From contig OX597820.1 in the NCBI GenBank assembly GCA_951406725.2, positions 126,108,001 through 126,172,000 of the forward strand: 64,000 bases of DNA. The letters run 5' to 3'. The notes beneath the pieces are model-generated. The model did no database searches and was not told the origin of the DNA. It was given only the letters and a program-made list of their open reading frames with translations. This DNA is from Octopus vulgaris (lineage: Eukaryota). Position 1 is the first letter of the stretch, and the number at the start of each line of letters is the position of its first letter. Made by a program: the position numbers and the translations under genes. Below are positions 12,790-27,056 of this stretch, piece after piece.

Positions 12790-13522
12790 TAGCATGCAAC
12801 AACTTCAGTATCATGCATGGGCAAAATCCTTGACTGGAAAGTGAAACCACCCATCCTACGCACGCCTGAAAATTTTCGTGCCAGTAGGCCGCGTCAGTTC
12901 CTTCCCAGGACACAAGCATGTAGTGTGCGTTTGCCGGATTTTCATTATCACGCAAGACGACTGAATGCGTCGAGTAGAAACCATAAAGCCATGACTCATC
13001 ATCAATGAAGTCGCTCTTCGTGAAGCTTGAGACTTAGTTTGCACAGTCCAGTATGTCCTGAGCGATTTAGCAACTTGGCCGATACTCTTTGCATGCACAA
13101 ATCCTCCGTTAAAATGAAATGCACAGATCTTTTACTTATTCCCGTTTCGAGACCAATTTCCAGGAGTGTTAAACGACTGTCCTACGTGACTATTTGCCAA
13201 ACTTTCTCAATCGGCTACGCGTTTCGGCTTGTGGATGGCCTGTCTGAACTTGCCTCGCTCTCCATTGATGTGTGGTCACGTTTGAAGCGGTTCTACCACT
13301 CCTTTGTCTAAGTTTTGCCCAAGGCCTACTGAATCTTCTACATGGTCTGAGCTTCAATGTCACCAAGTTTCTGGCAAAACCTGACGCAATATCTCAGCTC
13401 GATGCATTCGGTCAACTTGCGTGAAAGCAAAAATCTGATAAGCGCACATCACACGGATTTTGCCTACGCGGCATTAGTTTTGGCTGGAGAAATAAAGTCG
13501 GATACTTTTTGAACACAATTCG
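12790..13522 (-). mobile_element. Degraded, rearranged mariner transposon
   Basis: TIR TA|CGAATTGTGTTCAAAAAGTATCCGAC on the minus strand. Pseudo-ORF ELRYCVRFCQKLG...NRFKRDHTSMESEASSDRPSTSRN...ILTEDLCMQRVSAKL and DDESWLYG (first catalytic motif), with many stops. Confidence 0.85.
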
Positions 13523-13783
13523 TATACCTCTCTGCTGAATAAGAGATTTGTGAAAGTTGAGATGATACATAAAATCCGAATAAACAATTATAAAAGGCGA
13601 CACTCTCTAGTAATGAAGCTCGTAAACACGACAGACACAAAATGTTACTTTCAATAAATGGGGAATCACAGAAATATTTATCAAAAATAGGTCTTCCGCT
13701 CTCAAATTCCACCAAAGCACCGTACAATGCACACAGGTTGTATTAAACCAAAAACAAATTTAATAAATAAAAGTACAGATTAA

Positions 13784-13948
13784 GGCACAGGAGTGGCTGT
13801 GTGGTAAGTAGCTTGTTTACCAACCACATGGTTCCGGGTTCTGTCCCACTGCGTAGCACCTTGGGCAAGTGTCTTCTACTATAGCCTCGGGCCGACCAAA
13901 ACCTTGTGAGTGGATTTGGTAGACGGAAGTTGAAAGAAGCCCGTCGTA

Positions 13949-14006
<58 letters not shown>

Positions 14007-14237
14007 TGTGTGTGTTTGTGTGAGTGTGTTTGTCCCCCTAGCATTGCTTGGCAACCGATGATGGTGTGTTTATGTCCCCGTTACTTAGCGGTTCGGCAAA
14101 AGAGACCGATAGAATAAGTACTGGGCTTACAAAAAGAATAAGACCCGGGGTCGAGTTGCTCGATTAAAGGCGGTGCTCCAGCATGGCCACAGTCAAATGA
14201 CTGAAACAAGTAACATAGTAAAATAGTAAAAAGAGTA
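13784..14237 (+). mobile_element. tRNA-derived SINE with CORE-like ccttgggcaagt and internal (TA)/(TG) microsatellite
   Basis: A box TGGCTGTGTGG, B-box-like GGTTCTGTCCC, tail ending in gagtaaaa-like repeats. Homologous to 43720-44121. Confidence 0.9.
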
Positions 14238-16189
14238 TTAAACACCTAATAATTACAGAAAGACAAATATGTTCCTGAAACAGAATAACAATCTTCATGT
14301 GTGGGAGGTTTCATGTGAAGCGATTTCTCAAGCACACCACTTGCATACTTGCAGCAGAGTTTGAAAGACGAAGATAGATACAAAAGCAGTAGTTTCCGAT
14401 ACTATATGGATTTCATTTACTCCAGTATTTGCATGGTACTCTATTTTATCGACTGCCAATGAGATGGAAGGTACAGTCAACCAAGGTGGGATTTGAACCG
14501 AGAATGTAAAACGTTGGAACAAATACTTCAATGCATTTTTACAACGATGTAACGATTCGGTGTTTGACCGTATGCAGTTTCTATCCTATCAACATCAAGA
14601 CAGATTATCCATGACCAAGTTAAAAGCGAATTGACACAATTAATTTGAAAATAGGTTGTATATTTGTGTTACAGAGATCTTGCACGTGTTTGTCTCTAAA
14701 AGATTTACATTGTTACCCGACAGTTTCTTAGATATAGAACTGTAAGACGAAGTAGCACACCGTTCTAATTTCTATTACACACATATCGCATAAGATTAAC
14801 CAGAACCAGAAGTAAAACGATAGTTTAAATATTACTTTCCAGAAAAAAAGATGAAAGTATTATCTCAGAAATATCTATTCTTTATCGGTAAATTTGGATT
14901 TCAAACCTGACTGCTTCGTTTAGCTAAGATAGATTCAAACTGAAATAAATCGATACAGTGACTTACAAAATTAACTAATATAGGATATTGATATGCAGGT
15001 TAGAACTATCCAACCAAACAGGAGCTAACACGACCGATATCTGTGGCAAACGAACCATAATAAACTATGAATCGAAGAACTTAGATATACACATTGGAGT
15101 CGATATATATCAACTAATGAAATTTAATTCCAAATCATTCATCAAAATTGAATATTCTATGCAAATTTTCTCCTTTTCCTTTCATAACTACTAATCATAT
15201 TTGTTTTTTTTCTCCGAGTTTTAGATTCAATGAAAGGTTTCTGAATTCCAGTGCAACCTAGATGGGTTTCATTTTCCCCTCGTATCGATTTATAAAATTT
15301 GATACTAAAAATCAGCACCTAAAATTAAAAAACAAATCAAATTTATTTCTCCGAGGCAGTGAATCGAAGACTGGTTTTATATTGATTCAAAGACAACGTA
15401 TTGGAGATATGCTCCGTGCTCCTGAAAGTATCAAATTCATTAAAATACAACTTGTAGTCCTTAAATTAGAAAGAAAGCCATTTGAGTGGATCAAATTGAA
15501 TAACATGATATATTATAAACTGTAGACTAGGTTTCTATATCAATTGATTTAATTTCTAGTTTTAGGTACTTATATATCTGTGTATGTGTATGGACGTATA
15601 TCTTTATGTGTGTGTGTCCATATTATATAGATGTATGTATACACATGCACACACATACAAGAATATGTGTGTTTGTATATAGGCGCATGCGTGTATGTAT
15701 ATGAAAATATGTATATTTATATTTATGCATCTATGGATAAGCGTATATATATATATACATATATATATATATGCATGCATAATGTATGTGTGTATGCACG
15801 TGTATGCTATAATTTAAATGTACCCACTTACACATACATACTTATATACATGTATGTGTGTTAATTTAACGCCTGTGTACATAAAATATATATACATGAA
15901 CTTGAACAATAAAAGCACAATTTGTTTCAGATTTAGGCACAAGGCCCGCAAATTTGACAGACTGGGTTCGTCGATTATATTGTCCTCTCATCGACCTGAG
16001 AATGATAAAAAGCAAAAGTGACATCGGAGAAATTTGAGTCCAGCTCAAAATAGTCGGAAGGATTACCGCTAAGCATTTTTACGATGTTGTAATTATTCTG
16101 TCACTCCTCTGCTGGAGCAAAATAAATTACTATTACCGACATTTCCGATGTTGTAAGCATTATGTTACCAGTAGTAGGAAGAAAACTGA

Positions 16190-16535
16190 CACCCCAAGGC
16201 ATTGTCAGTCACTTGACCCAAAATTATCGACCAGCTGTGCACCAGAATCTCAGGTATGAAATGTATACAGACTGGTTGAATTTGATCCTTCATGATCTTT
16301 CTAACAAGAATATCTTTATAGCTGATCAAACAGCTGGAAAGAATGAAGTTTGGGTATGTGTTGTACAACTATTGATCAACAAAAGAATTCACGACAAAGG
16401 TTTGGCGGCAGAGGAAGAACATGGCCACATTCTGTTTGGATTACAAGAAATCATTCAACTTTTCCATTCGTGGATGCTAGAGACCCTTCTACGTGCTAAA
16501 GCTCCAGATAGCCTTATCAAAGCCATAAACAATCT
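16190..16535 (+). pseudogene. R4/Dong-clade reverse transcriptase fragment
   Basis: QNYRP...MYTDWLNL...DQTAGKNEVWVCVVQLLINK...HSWMLETL matches RT motifs NYRPI, EQAGG..G..EQLLINK and PHSW. Confidence 0.8.
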
Positions 16536-16680
16536 GCCTTCATACAGGGAAAACCAGGACGAGATTAATAAGGTCAATAACCTCAGCCCTGCTGGACTAG
16601 TCTCCATTTTAAATTCATTCATTCATTCATTCGAATGACGTAGCTCTAATAAGAACCTTGTACAATATACGCAAGATTTA

Positions 16681-16890
16681 AGGCGGCGAACTGGCATAAA
16701 CGTTAGCACGCCGGGCGAAATGCTGAGCAGTATTTCGTCTGTTTTTGCGTTCTGAGTTCAAATTCCGCCGAGGTCATCTTTCCCTTTCTTCCTTTCAGGG
16801 TGAACAAATTAAGTACAAGTTGCGTACTGGGATCGATTTAATCGACTGACCCCTCCCCAAAAATTTCAGGCCTTGTGCCAAGCGTATAAA
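16681..16890 (+). mobile_element. tRNA-SINE monomer (Meta-like core, tail B)
   Basis: ggcggcgaactggc head, B box gagttcaaattcc, tail ccctcccc...ggccttgtgcc. Confidence 0.9.
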
Positions 16891-17019
16891 ATAATATACG
16901 CAAGGTATATTCAATCCAAGAATGGATGGAAAAGAAAATGTGATTGCTTTTCAAATAGCATAAAAAAGACAGAAAAATAGTTCACATATCAGACTATTAT
17001 ATTTCAGCGACCCCGAAGA

Positions 17020-17440
17020 TGTGGTTCTTTGCTTCTCCAGTGTAACACGTGAGTTTCGATGAAACAATGAGTGGGTGTTGTTAAGCTTCCCGATTCACGT
17101 AAGAGGCAAGAGTCGATGGTGCCTCACTATGTGTCGACCTGTGAGTCGGAGAGGAGGAATTGGAGAGGGCATTTGCTCTTGGTGTTCATGGTAATCTCGG
17201 ACAGTGGGGTTCCTCGATTATACCTAGAGGTTATCCTGTATCAGGTGGGCTACATCTCTATCACCCTCTCCCCATCTTTTCAACTTTTATATACGATGTA
17301 TATCTTCCTTCTTTTTCATTGTATACCGTGTATACTTACGTTTTTTCTATCATTTCATTTATGTAAACATCCACACTTTATGTCTGTCTTTGTTTTGGCC
17401 CCTCATCCTTCGCCTTGGTAGCAAATAAATGAAATCATTA
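17020..17440 (+). mobile_element. Probable L1/Tx1-like LINE 3' end
   Basis: G-rich then pyrimidine-rich 3' UTR ending AATAAATGAAAT before a trinucleotide repeat. Confidence 0.35.
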
Positions 17441-18695
17441 TTGTTGTTGTTGTTGCTGCTGCTGCTACTGCTACTGCTGTTCTTGTTTACTACTAATGCG
17501 TCAGACATGTTTTACAAGTCGCTCTCGGAAATAAAACATTTTTCTAGAGGAAACAGAGTTTTACTAAAGAGACTCACGTGGACATAACTTCGTGTAGTTG
17601 GAAGTTTCTTTTTACAGGAGTTGAGAAAGAAAAAAACGAGGTTTGCGTTTTATTTTGCAAGTAAATTATATTTTTCCTCTCATAAACCCGACAAAAATTG
17701 ACCATAAATATTTCACTTGAGGCTCCAACATACCATACTAAGTTTGTAACAACCAATACAAATAATACACAATAAGATAGACTGCTAATTTAATTGAAAG
17801 GCAAAATAATAATATACTCGAAATAAAAAAAAATTGCCTACACAGACTCTTTAACTATGCCAAAAAGATATTTAGTCAACAACTGCAACAGCGACGAAAA
17901 CAGCAGCATTCATGCACCATCACTGCGGTTATTAGCATGAACAACGATAAATTTATTTTGTTTCTGTTCTCTCGGATAGGAAATTCACGATACGAAACAT
18001 TTTTTCAAAAAAAAAAAAATCGAAAACTTGGAAACATGTTTTGTCCCAGATTGAGGCTATCGTTCTAGAGTAAATACAATAAATTGCAGAAACTGTGAGA
18101 GGAAAAATATAGAATAAGTCGTGGGGTGTCTGTTTCCATTCAAATATCAATTCAACAGTGGTTTTGGAGGCAGCTATTTTAAGTAAAATTCTCTTCAAGC
18201 TGAGCAGAGAAACGAGGATTAAATAAAACAACCCTACTTAGAGAAATAACAACATTGACATTAATAGCTTGTATAACGGCAACATCGCGGTTAGCAAATC
18301 AATTAGTAAAAGTTTTATTAACGAGCGTCGAGCACAAAGTTAAATTTCTTTATCGTTGTAAGGGTTGAAGATTGCCAGAAACTTCCTAAATAAGTTTGAA
18401 AACTAATGTTCTGAACCGTGCCTCGGCAAATCCAAGCCACCTGAGAGGAAAAAATTCACGATATTATATAAATGTATAGGGTTCATGTCCTATACAGTGA
18501 AATAGAATACCAGATGTGTACTGTGCTCGATAGAATCGAATAAAACCCTTCACATCGAAATCGTTGGTCTGGGCCTAAATCAGAAGCTATTACTTTTACA
18601 ACACAGATGCTTTTTTGTTCCATATTTATTATTTTCTCACTCACTCTCTCTCCCTCCCTCTCTCTATATATATACATATACATATGTAATAATAT

Positions 18696-18981
18696 GTGGA
18701 GGCACAATGACCCAGTGGTTAGGGCAGCGGACTCGCGGTTTCGATTCCCAGACCGGGCATTGTGAGAGTTTATTGAGCGAAAACATCTAAAAGCTCCACG
18801 AGGCTCCGGCAGGGGGTGGTGATCCCTGCTGTACTCTTTCACCATTCTTTCTCCTACTCTTTCTTCTGTTGGCCTGCTCGCTTAGTCAGCGGTGTGTCGT
18901 CATTCGAAGGCTAAAACAATGCGAACGCATTGTGACCAGCGATGTGTAACTACATCTGATGGACTGGTCGGTCACGTGATA
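18696..18981 (+). mobile_element. tRNA(Arg)-like SINE, tail 2
   Basis: A box TGACCCAGTGG, B box GTTTCGATTCC. Near-identical to 55950-56222. Confidence 0.9.
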
Positions 18982-19262
18982 TAATAATATGGGGTAAAAT
19001 TAATTAATTGATAGTTAATATTTTTACCAAATAGTCAGTACGTTAAAAAATCCTTTTTTGGTGAATTATACAAAATATTCTGTAATTATATACAAAATTA
19101 TAATCAGAGGTCAGCTAGGTGCCTCACCACGTACTGAATTAGAAATAGAAGCTAATATCTATTCGACTACCATAAAAATCTCCCAGATAATTACTCACTT
19201 TTTTATATAGGTAAAAAGAAAAATGATGAATCCACAAAACACGACTTTATAAATATATATAT

Positions 19263-19312
<50 letters not shown>

Positions 19313-19878
19313 TATATATTGTATATTATATATACATATATATACGAGTGTGTATGGAGTGTGTATGTATATGATATATGTGTGTGTTGATTCTACCTCT
19401 TGTATATACTGTTATATATTGTTAATATTCTTCTTGTTATTGTTGCGATTTTAACTGATGTTGTTGCTATTTTTGTTGGTTTCCTTATAGTTGTTTACAT
19501 CGCTAAATAGTTAACGGAGACTGGAGGTAAATTTGTGGAAAAATAATTACTTTTATTAATGAGTACGAATCGTATTTTCGGTTAGATTGATTCCACCGTA
19601 GCTTTATTGCTTATTTTTCATGTTTTCGTTGTTATTTCTGTTGCCTTTATAGTATTTTTTTCTATTTTGTTTTATTTTTTCGTCTGTTTTCGATCATTTT
19701 TAGATGAAATTTTCAAGTAGAAACTCTGCTATTAGTAATGCTCAAATATTAGCTAAAAATGCTATAAGCCACGAGAGAAACAGAGAGAGAGAGAGACAGG
19801 GACAGAGACAGAGACGGACAGACCGACAGACAGACAGACAGGCAGACGGAGACAGAGAGTAAAGTGAGGGTGTTTGTG

Positions 19879-19914
<36 letters not shown>

Positions 19915-20051
19915 TAACGGAGAAGTTGATATTTTTATTGCGTTTCGGGTTTTGAAGCGTTTATGTGTTTGGTATTTGTGTATAATCTGTGTGCGTATTT
20001 GAGTGCATATACATAACCACACATATAAATATATATATTTATATATATATA

Positions 20052-20116
<65 letters not shown>

Positions 20117-20135
20117 TATATACTATTTTTATATA

Positions 20136-20204
<69 letters not shown>

Positions 20205-21639
20205 TGCATACATACGTATATGTTTTTGCATATGTGCGTGTATGCATATATATTTATGCACCGAGAAATGGAGGATAGATAGATAGATAGATATGTATGT
20301 ACGTATGTATGTATGTATAAGTGTGAATGAGTGTGTTTATGGGGTGTATACACTCACACGCACACTCACAAACACAGATACATGTAGACATATGCATATA
20401 CATACGTGTGCATATACATGCTTACATACATTCATACTTATGTACATGTAAATGTGTGGAAAATGTTTGTGTGTGTTTGCATGCCGCTATATATTTTGCA
20501 TACATGCGTATATTTGAGTATGTTTTTATTCGTGTGCATGCGTTTATGTATGTGTGTGAGCGTGCGCGCACCTATGTGTTAGCATTTCTTCAGAAAATAA
20601 AAATGAAAAACAATCTCTACATGAAAATATTTGCTGTTATAATTGCAAGGCTATAAATACTGTTTTCTATTAACCTTTCTCCAGCGGACAATTACGAATT
20701 GCGAAGCTAGCTACCGAGAGATGCCTACCATTTGGTTTTGTTTTCGATTCCAGCGTTTAAATTTCTTCTTCCCATCACCTTTGATTCTTAGCGATTCTAA
20801 GTGAAATCTAAACGACAGAATCTTTGATGAGATGCCAGTACACACCGCTTGTTTTAACATCATTACGGGATTGTATGGCTACTTGACTAAGTAGATATCG
20901 CAACTAAATTCTCTAAATTGATCTTTTATAGTATAGGCACAGCATTGTCTTTTCGGATACTTATGATCCGGAACTTCTTACAATCCGCTCTAATTTACGA
21001 GCTGGAACTTCAATATCCTGTGGCCCCGGATTGTTTTATTAGCACCTTTCACAAACAAGTACCTTTCACAGTACAGTATTATTTTGTCACTTTCACTACT
21101 GTACAGGTACCTGTATTACATTTAATTATTTAAGTAAATTTAATATTTCATTAATTTAGAGGGTATTGACCAAGATCTCTGATTCGTAATCAGAGAATGA
21201 GTAATCCGAAAAGGGTGCGGGACCAAAGGTTCCGGGAGTCTTTATTGTATGTGTATTAGAAAACGATTTTCTGGTTAATGTGATCGTGTGAGTTCCGTGC
21301 ACATAAGTTATAGACAAGAGTGTCACATTGGGGATGCATTTGATAGTTGTTCTTTCACGTCAGATCTGAAATAAACCTTTACAACATCAACAAAGAAGCG
21401 CAGTTTCTTTCCTTTTACTAGTTAAATCTTCATCAAATCGCACTATCGTTTGCTTATTGTTATCCATAGTATTGGATGGTCATATTGATCGTCCTTGTGT
21501 ATGGATATTTTCGACCCTCACCTACATTGTAAATGTCACAATAGAGACGCCGCTGAACGAGCCGCCACACATTCCGTGCTTCATCGCCTACTCTTTACCT
21601 ACCGGATGCCTTCACGATCGAGGAACCTTGTATCGCTAT

Positions 21640-21830
21640 TTCAATATCGCAGATGTGCATGATACCATTCACGGCACAGCAATGACATAGATCACTTCTA
21701 ACGAAATGAAATTGTCTGTCTCTTCTCAGAACATAGATGGCTGCCAATCTGAAAATGATGCTTCCCTAGCTATTGCTCGTCTACAACAACTGACCTACTC
21801 TTTGGGTCTAGGAAGACTGCACTTACCTCT
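21640..21830 (-). pseudogene. L1/Tx1-like APE endonuclease remnant
   Basis: EVSAVFLDPKSRSVVVD...FRLAAIYV (frameshifted) resembles the APE motif DPEGRLVVLD...FRLVAVYAP. Confidence 0.55.
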
Positions 21831-22362
21831 AAGTCAGTGCCTTTCTACTACATCACTGTCGCGCCACCTGATCCACGTTGCAGAAGATACCTGCAAAATT
21901 AGATCTATTGGCAAGAGTGACCTAACAGAGCTGGTACCTCTTTCAAAAATAATTTTGAAAAGTGTAATGCACGAACGAAACTTTGGCCTCTTGAATCATT
22001 TACATGAGTTTACAGCTGATTAATATTCCCATATGCTGACACGCAGATGCATTATAAACTTCCGCATAATTTTCTCTCAAATTCTTCTCAAAAGATAGGA
22101 TAAACTTGTTCAAGATTCTGCGCAGTGGAGACGGCACCAGGAAACACTTTTCTGACGAAGCAAACATATTTACAATGAAACCATGTATGCGATATTTACT
22201 TAGTGCTTTATCCATTAATTACATTTAACTACTACTTGTTGTCTTGTGAATGTGGGAAAGAAATTGCGGTCCGACTAGTAAGGTGTAAACAACTCCAATG
22301 CATTTCACTGAATATGACACGAAAATTATTGAATAACTAGCTATTTCAATATTAAGAAACAT

Positions 22363-22620
22363 TTGTGGCTGTGTGGTAAGAAGTTTGCTTCCCAACTAAA
22401 TGGCTTTGAGTTCAGTCCACTGTGTGGCACCTAGGGTAAGTGCCTTCTACTATATCCCCGGGCCGACCAAAGCTTTAAGAGTGTATTTCGCAGAGAGAAA
22501 CTGAAAGAATCCCTCATATATACACGTATGTATATATGTATACATGTATATATCTAAGAATCTTTGCGTTTGTGTCTGTCCCATGCCAACGTTTGACAAC
22601 CAGTACTGGATGGATTCCAG
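22363..22620 (+). mobile_element. Degenerate copy of the 13784-type SINE
   Basis: gtggctgtgtggtaagaagtttgcttcccaac...gggccgaccaaagc...gaaactgaaagaa, followed by a TA-rich spacer. Confidence 0.85.
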
Positions 22621-23359
22621 TAGTCACCTGGAAGTAAAAAGAAGTGAAAAGAAAGTAAAACCTAGCAGAACCCGTGAAAATACCTCGTTTTAAAAATTTG
22701 TTCCTTTATACCATAAATTTATAGACTTCCTTATCTATGTAACTATTATTTCATTATGGAAGATTTCATAAGTGGTGAGCTGGCAGAATATACACAGCGC
22801 CGTCTTCCACAGTCACAAACTCAGCCCCATAATGATTCTATTTCATGACAGAAATGAATGATTAAGAATGGGATTAGAATTTTCTTCCTTACATTAGAGT
22901 TCCTTAATTGCTACAAGACGAATGTAAACAAAGCTAATACGATTCTTATGACATCGTGCGTTTCAGCAGAGTGCATTTGTGTCTTACAGGAAGTTCAGGT
23001 TTTAATAAATATCAGCCAAACGCTGGGCTTGATTTCATCGGCGGTTCATCATAAATAACCTGCAAAACAATTACACAGATCACACACTGTCTATATACTG
23101 TACTCCTCGACTGTAGAAGCTATTGTCCGTCTCTACTTTTTCATACAATGAATCGGAAAGATTTAAGAAACGATAGCCAAGGATTCAGCAATTCAGCACG
23201 TGTGTATGCATAGAACGTGTTGCGTGTAGTTGTATGCGTTGTGCTGTGACGAGAAACGAAACAAGATCAGTTGGCTTTTTGCTTCTTCTCTTATCTCCTG
23301 AAATTCTTTATCTGTAATTTCTCTTCACTCTTTCTCCCTTTCAGTTTTTGGTTCCCCTA

Positions 23360-23402
23360 TTTCTTTCTTTCTATCTTTCTCTCTTTCTCTCTCTCTCTCT
23401 CT

Positions 23403-23433
<31 letters not shown>

Positions 23434-24099
23434 CTCACACACACACGCACATGCACAAGCACATGCGCTTTCTCTCTTTTCTCTCAATTTCTTTATCTCT
23501 CTCTCCCTCTCTCTTTCTTTCCCTCTTTCTCTTTCTCTCCTTTCTCTTTCTCTCTTTCCCTCTTTCCTTCTCTTTCTTTTCTCTCTCTGTCTCCCTCTCT
23601 TTCTCTCACTTTCTCTTTCTCTCTCTTCCCCTCTCTTTCTCCCGATCTCTCTCTCTTTCTCTCTCTCTTTCTATCTTTCTCTCTCTCTTTCTATCTTTCC
23701 CTCGCTTTTTCGCTCTCTCTCTCTCTTTCTATCTTTCTCTCTCTCTCTCTTTCTCTTTAACACGCACACACTTGTATGAATGTATGTAACTCTCTGTCTC
23801 TCTCCACTTCGGTCGTTCATTCAGCTTTTATATGGCAGCCAAACCCTTTTCTTTTCATCTTCTTTAAACTTCATCGCTTCACTCCCTCAGCTTCGTCTTC
23901 TTCTCTCACATTCTCTTTATTATCACTCACTTTCTCTCTCATTCTTACACCCTCTTTCTTACTCTCTCTTCCACTCACTCTCGTTCCTTCGATTTTTCTC
24001 TTCTTTTTTCCTCATCCATTGATACACATCCGTCTTATCTTACCATTAGTAACACTAGCGGCAGTAAATGAAGAAGAAGAAGAAGAAGAAGAAGAAGAG

Positions 24100-24132
<33 letters not shown>

Positions 24133-24180
24133 AGAAGAAGAAGAAGAAGAAGAAGAAGAAGAAGAAGAAGAAGAAGAGAC
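23360..24180. repeat. (CT)n-rich low-complexity tract and (GAA)n microsatellite
   Basis: Polypyrimidine tract ~23360-24010 followed by (GAA)n at 24070-24177. Confidence 0.95.
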
Positions 24181-26124
24181 GATAGTGGAAAAGTGTGTGA
24201 GTGAAATAACAAAGACAGAGAAAGAGAAAGAGAAAAGGAGAGAGCGAGAAAGAGAGAGAGAGAGAGGAGAATTGGCGCAAAAAGAAGAGGAAGATAGAGC
24301 TTGGTGAAGGTAGGGGGAAATGGCGTGGAAACTAAGTAATAATCTAAGCAAAGAATGTAAGAGTGTAAGATGAATGACACAAGAGACGTGGACAGAGAGT
24401 GGCAAAGAAGGTTCTAGTGAATGCATCAATTATGATCGGCAGAATCAGCAAAACAGTGCAATTTCAATAACTACAACTTGTGTTTCCTACAACTTGTCTA
24501 GTCATTGGAGACCATAAAACCATTAACGTTGCATATGAACTTAGCAGAAACCTGTAGGCGACAGAGTCTTGTTGCTCTAGTATAAATTCTCCATCTTGTT
24601 TCTGCTGCTGTATGGTTTCTTCTTGTTACTGTGGTTATTACTGCTGGTGTTGTTGTTGTTGTTGTTGTTGTTCTTCTTCTTCTTCTTCTTCTTCTTGTTT
24701 TTGCTGTTGTTGTTGTTGTTGTTGTTGTTGCTTATGTCGTTCTGGTTGATGTTGTTATTGTTCCCGAAGTCGTAGCTGTTTGCTTTTGCTACGTTTTGTT
24801 GCTGATGTGATTGTGTTGCTGGTGCTGCTGTTGTTGACGATCATGATGATGGTGATACTATTATTGTAGCTGTTGTTGTTAGACTGGTGAAATGTACAAT
24901 ATTAAGTTACCGGTGTAACTGGGCCGTCAAATATGACGGCATTTTATAAGAACTAAGCTAAACAGAGTATATGATATATACCTCGACATAACACGCTTTC
25001 CTTATATTTGACATAGACTTGCTACGTGAGAATAATTAAATTTTTTAGAGAAAATACTTTGAAAGATTGGATCTGAAGGAAACTAAATATGCGGTAATGT
25101 TTTATGCATGTGGATTTACCATTTTACTGAGGTTAAAACAATCAAATCTTTCCCTACATTATTTTATTAGTTCAATGGTGAACTTGCGCCGTCAAACTTG
25201 ACAGCGATTCCCATATACATATTAGTTTCAAGTTATGGGACAAGGGCAGCTATTTCAGGGAAGGAATAATCGGATTACATCGATCCCAGTGCTCAATAGG
25301 CATTTAAGCTTTTAGCTGCGTGATTATAAAGTCTCTGTTGGTTTACTCCGGAAATGTTGTATACCATTATATAAACGTGACGTGCTTTAACTGCCAGAAA
25401 TAATACAAGAAGCAAGCTTCAAAATAACAACGCGACTTTATTTCTCTGCTAAATTATACAGTGGACCCATTAAACACTTCACGGATTCTGGAGGTTGTAT
25501 AGTTCATCCATCTTTTGGACAATTCAGCTCTGGCCGTCGTTGGTTACAATATCTTCGTTATAACAGCAGGAAAATATCATGATTCGTCCTCCTGGAATCC
25601 TCTCATCTCTCTATCATAGAGGTTTTTTAAGGCTATATAGGGAGAGACGTGGGCTCTCAGTGACGGTTTAGGTTAGTTATTTAGAAAGTATTACCCACAA
25701 TGTAATTGGATCCGAGATCTACATCCCGCGCAATATTTGACTAAACCAAAGCACAGGACTCAACCATGATATGTGAAACGACCAATCATTAAAGATTAAC
25801 GTGAGGAGCCTATAAAAGGCTAATCGACTCCAAAATGTCATAATAGAAAAGAGTCGTGCTATAATTTTATCGACTCAAGGAAGATGAAAGTCGAACCCGG
25901 TGGCATTTGCACTCATAACGTAAAGATGGGAGTATCGGCTGAGCTCTGGGGTCGATCTAATTGATGAACCCTCTCCTTCGAATTTTTTTGCTTTCTGCCA
26001 GACTTTGAAACTATTATTTTAAGAGGCGTAGGGCGTAATTTGAGGAATATTCCGCTGCTACTGTTAACATCGAAATCTTCATCATTCACTGAAAGGATTT
26101 TACTGTTATTGCTGCTGCTGCTGC

Positions 26125-26156
<32 letters not shown>

Positions 26157-26742
26157 GTCCTTCGGCTCACTGCTGAAAGAGCAAACTTATAGTCATATTC
26201 CAGTCAACACCATCCTCACAAAATATACAGGGTATCTACGGTCATACCGTCCACTGAGACCATGCTTAAGAGAAGGTGAGATGTGATTTGAGAGAAATAT
26301 TTGGCTGTTGTTTCTAAGATTTACAGCGAACACATATAAGTACCATGTTGTCTCATGTAGTACAAGCAACACAGGAAAATGTGTAAAAACTGTAAAACAG
26401 CGTTTTGAGAAAGGCCTGAGAGAGCGAAGATTGTCTTTTTCCTTTGTATTTTATAAAGTAATGCGTAAATATTCGTATCTCTGTTAAAATCTTAATTTCT
26501 GCACCTATAAGACATTCACGTTATTATATCATTCTTCATTCTGCGATAGTTTGGTTTCTCTGTCAGGCATCCAATGAAAGTATCAGACTTGTCAAACTGT
26601 CATGTTGTGGCTGTTATTATCGTTGCTTTAGCTGTCTTTGTGCTTTTCTATTTTTACTATAAATGTTATTATTTATTTTACAACCTGTCTCTCTAAAGTT
26701 TCCTCAACCGTTGCCTTTGTTCCAATGATAAAGGGAGGTTTA

Positions 26743-26788
<46 letters not shown>

Positions 26789-26988
26789 CAACATCATCAT
26801 CGTCGTTGTAGTCGTAGTCGTCACCATAGTCATCGTCTTCATCGTCGTCACCATCATCATCATCATTGTCAACATCATCATCATCATCATCATCATCACC
26901 ATCATCATCATCATTATTGTCGGCATCATCTTCATCGATACTATTATTATTCTCATCATTATCAACAATATTATTATTATTATTATTG

Positions 26989-27056
<68 letters not shown>

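Noticed and set aside
24420-24600. Homeodomain-like motifs (CCATAAAA, CATTAA) in unique islands as enhancers
   Set aside because: Such short motifs are expected by chance in AT-rich DNA, and no conservation data are available.
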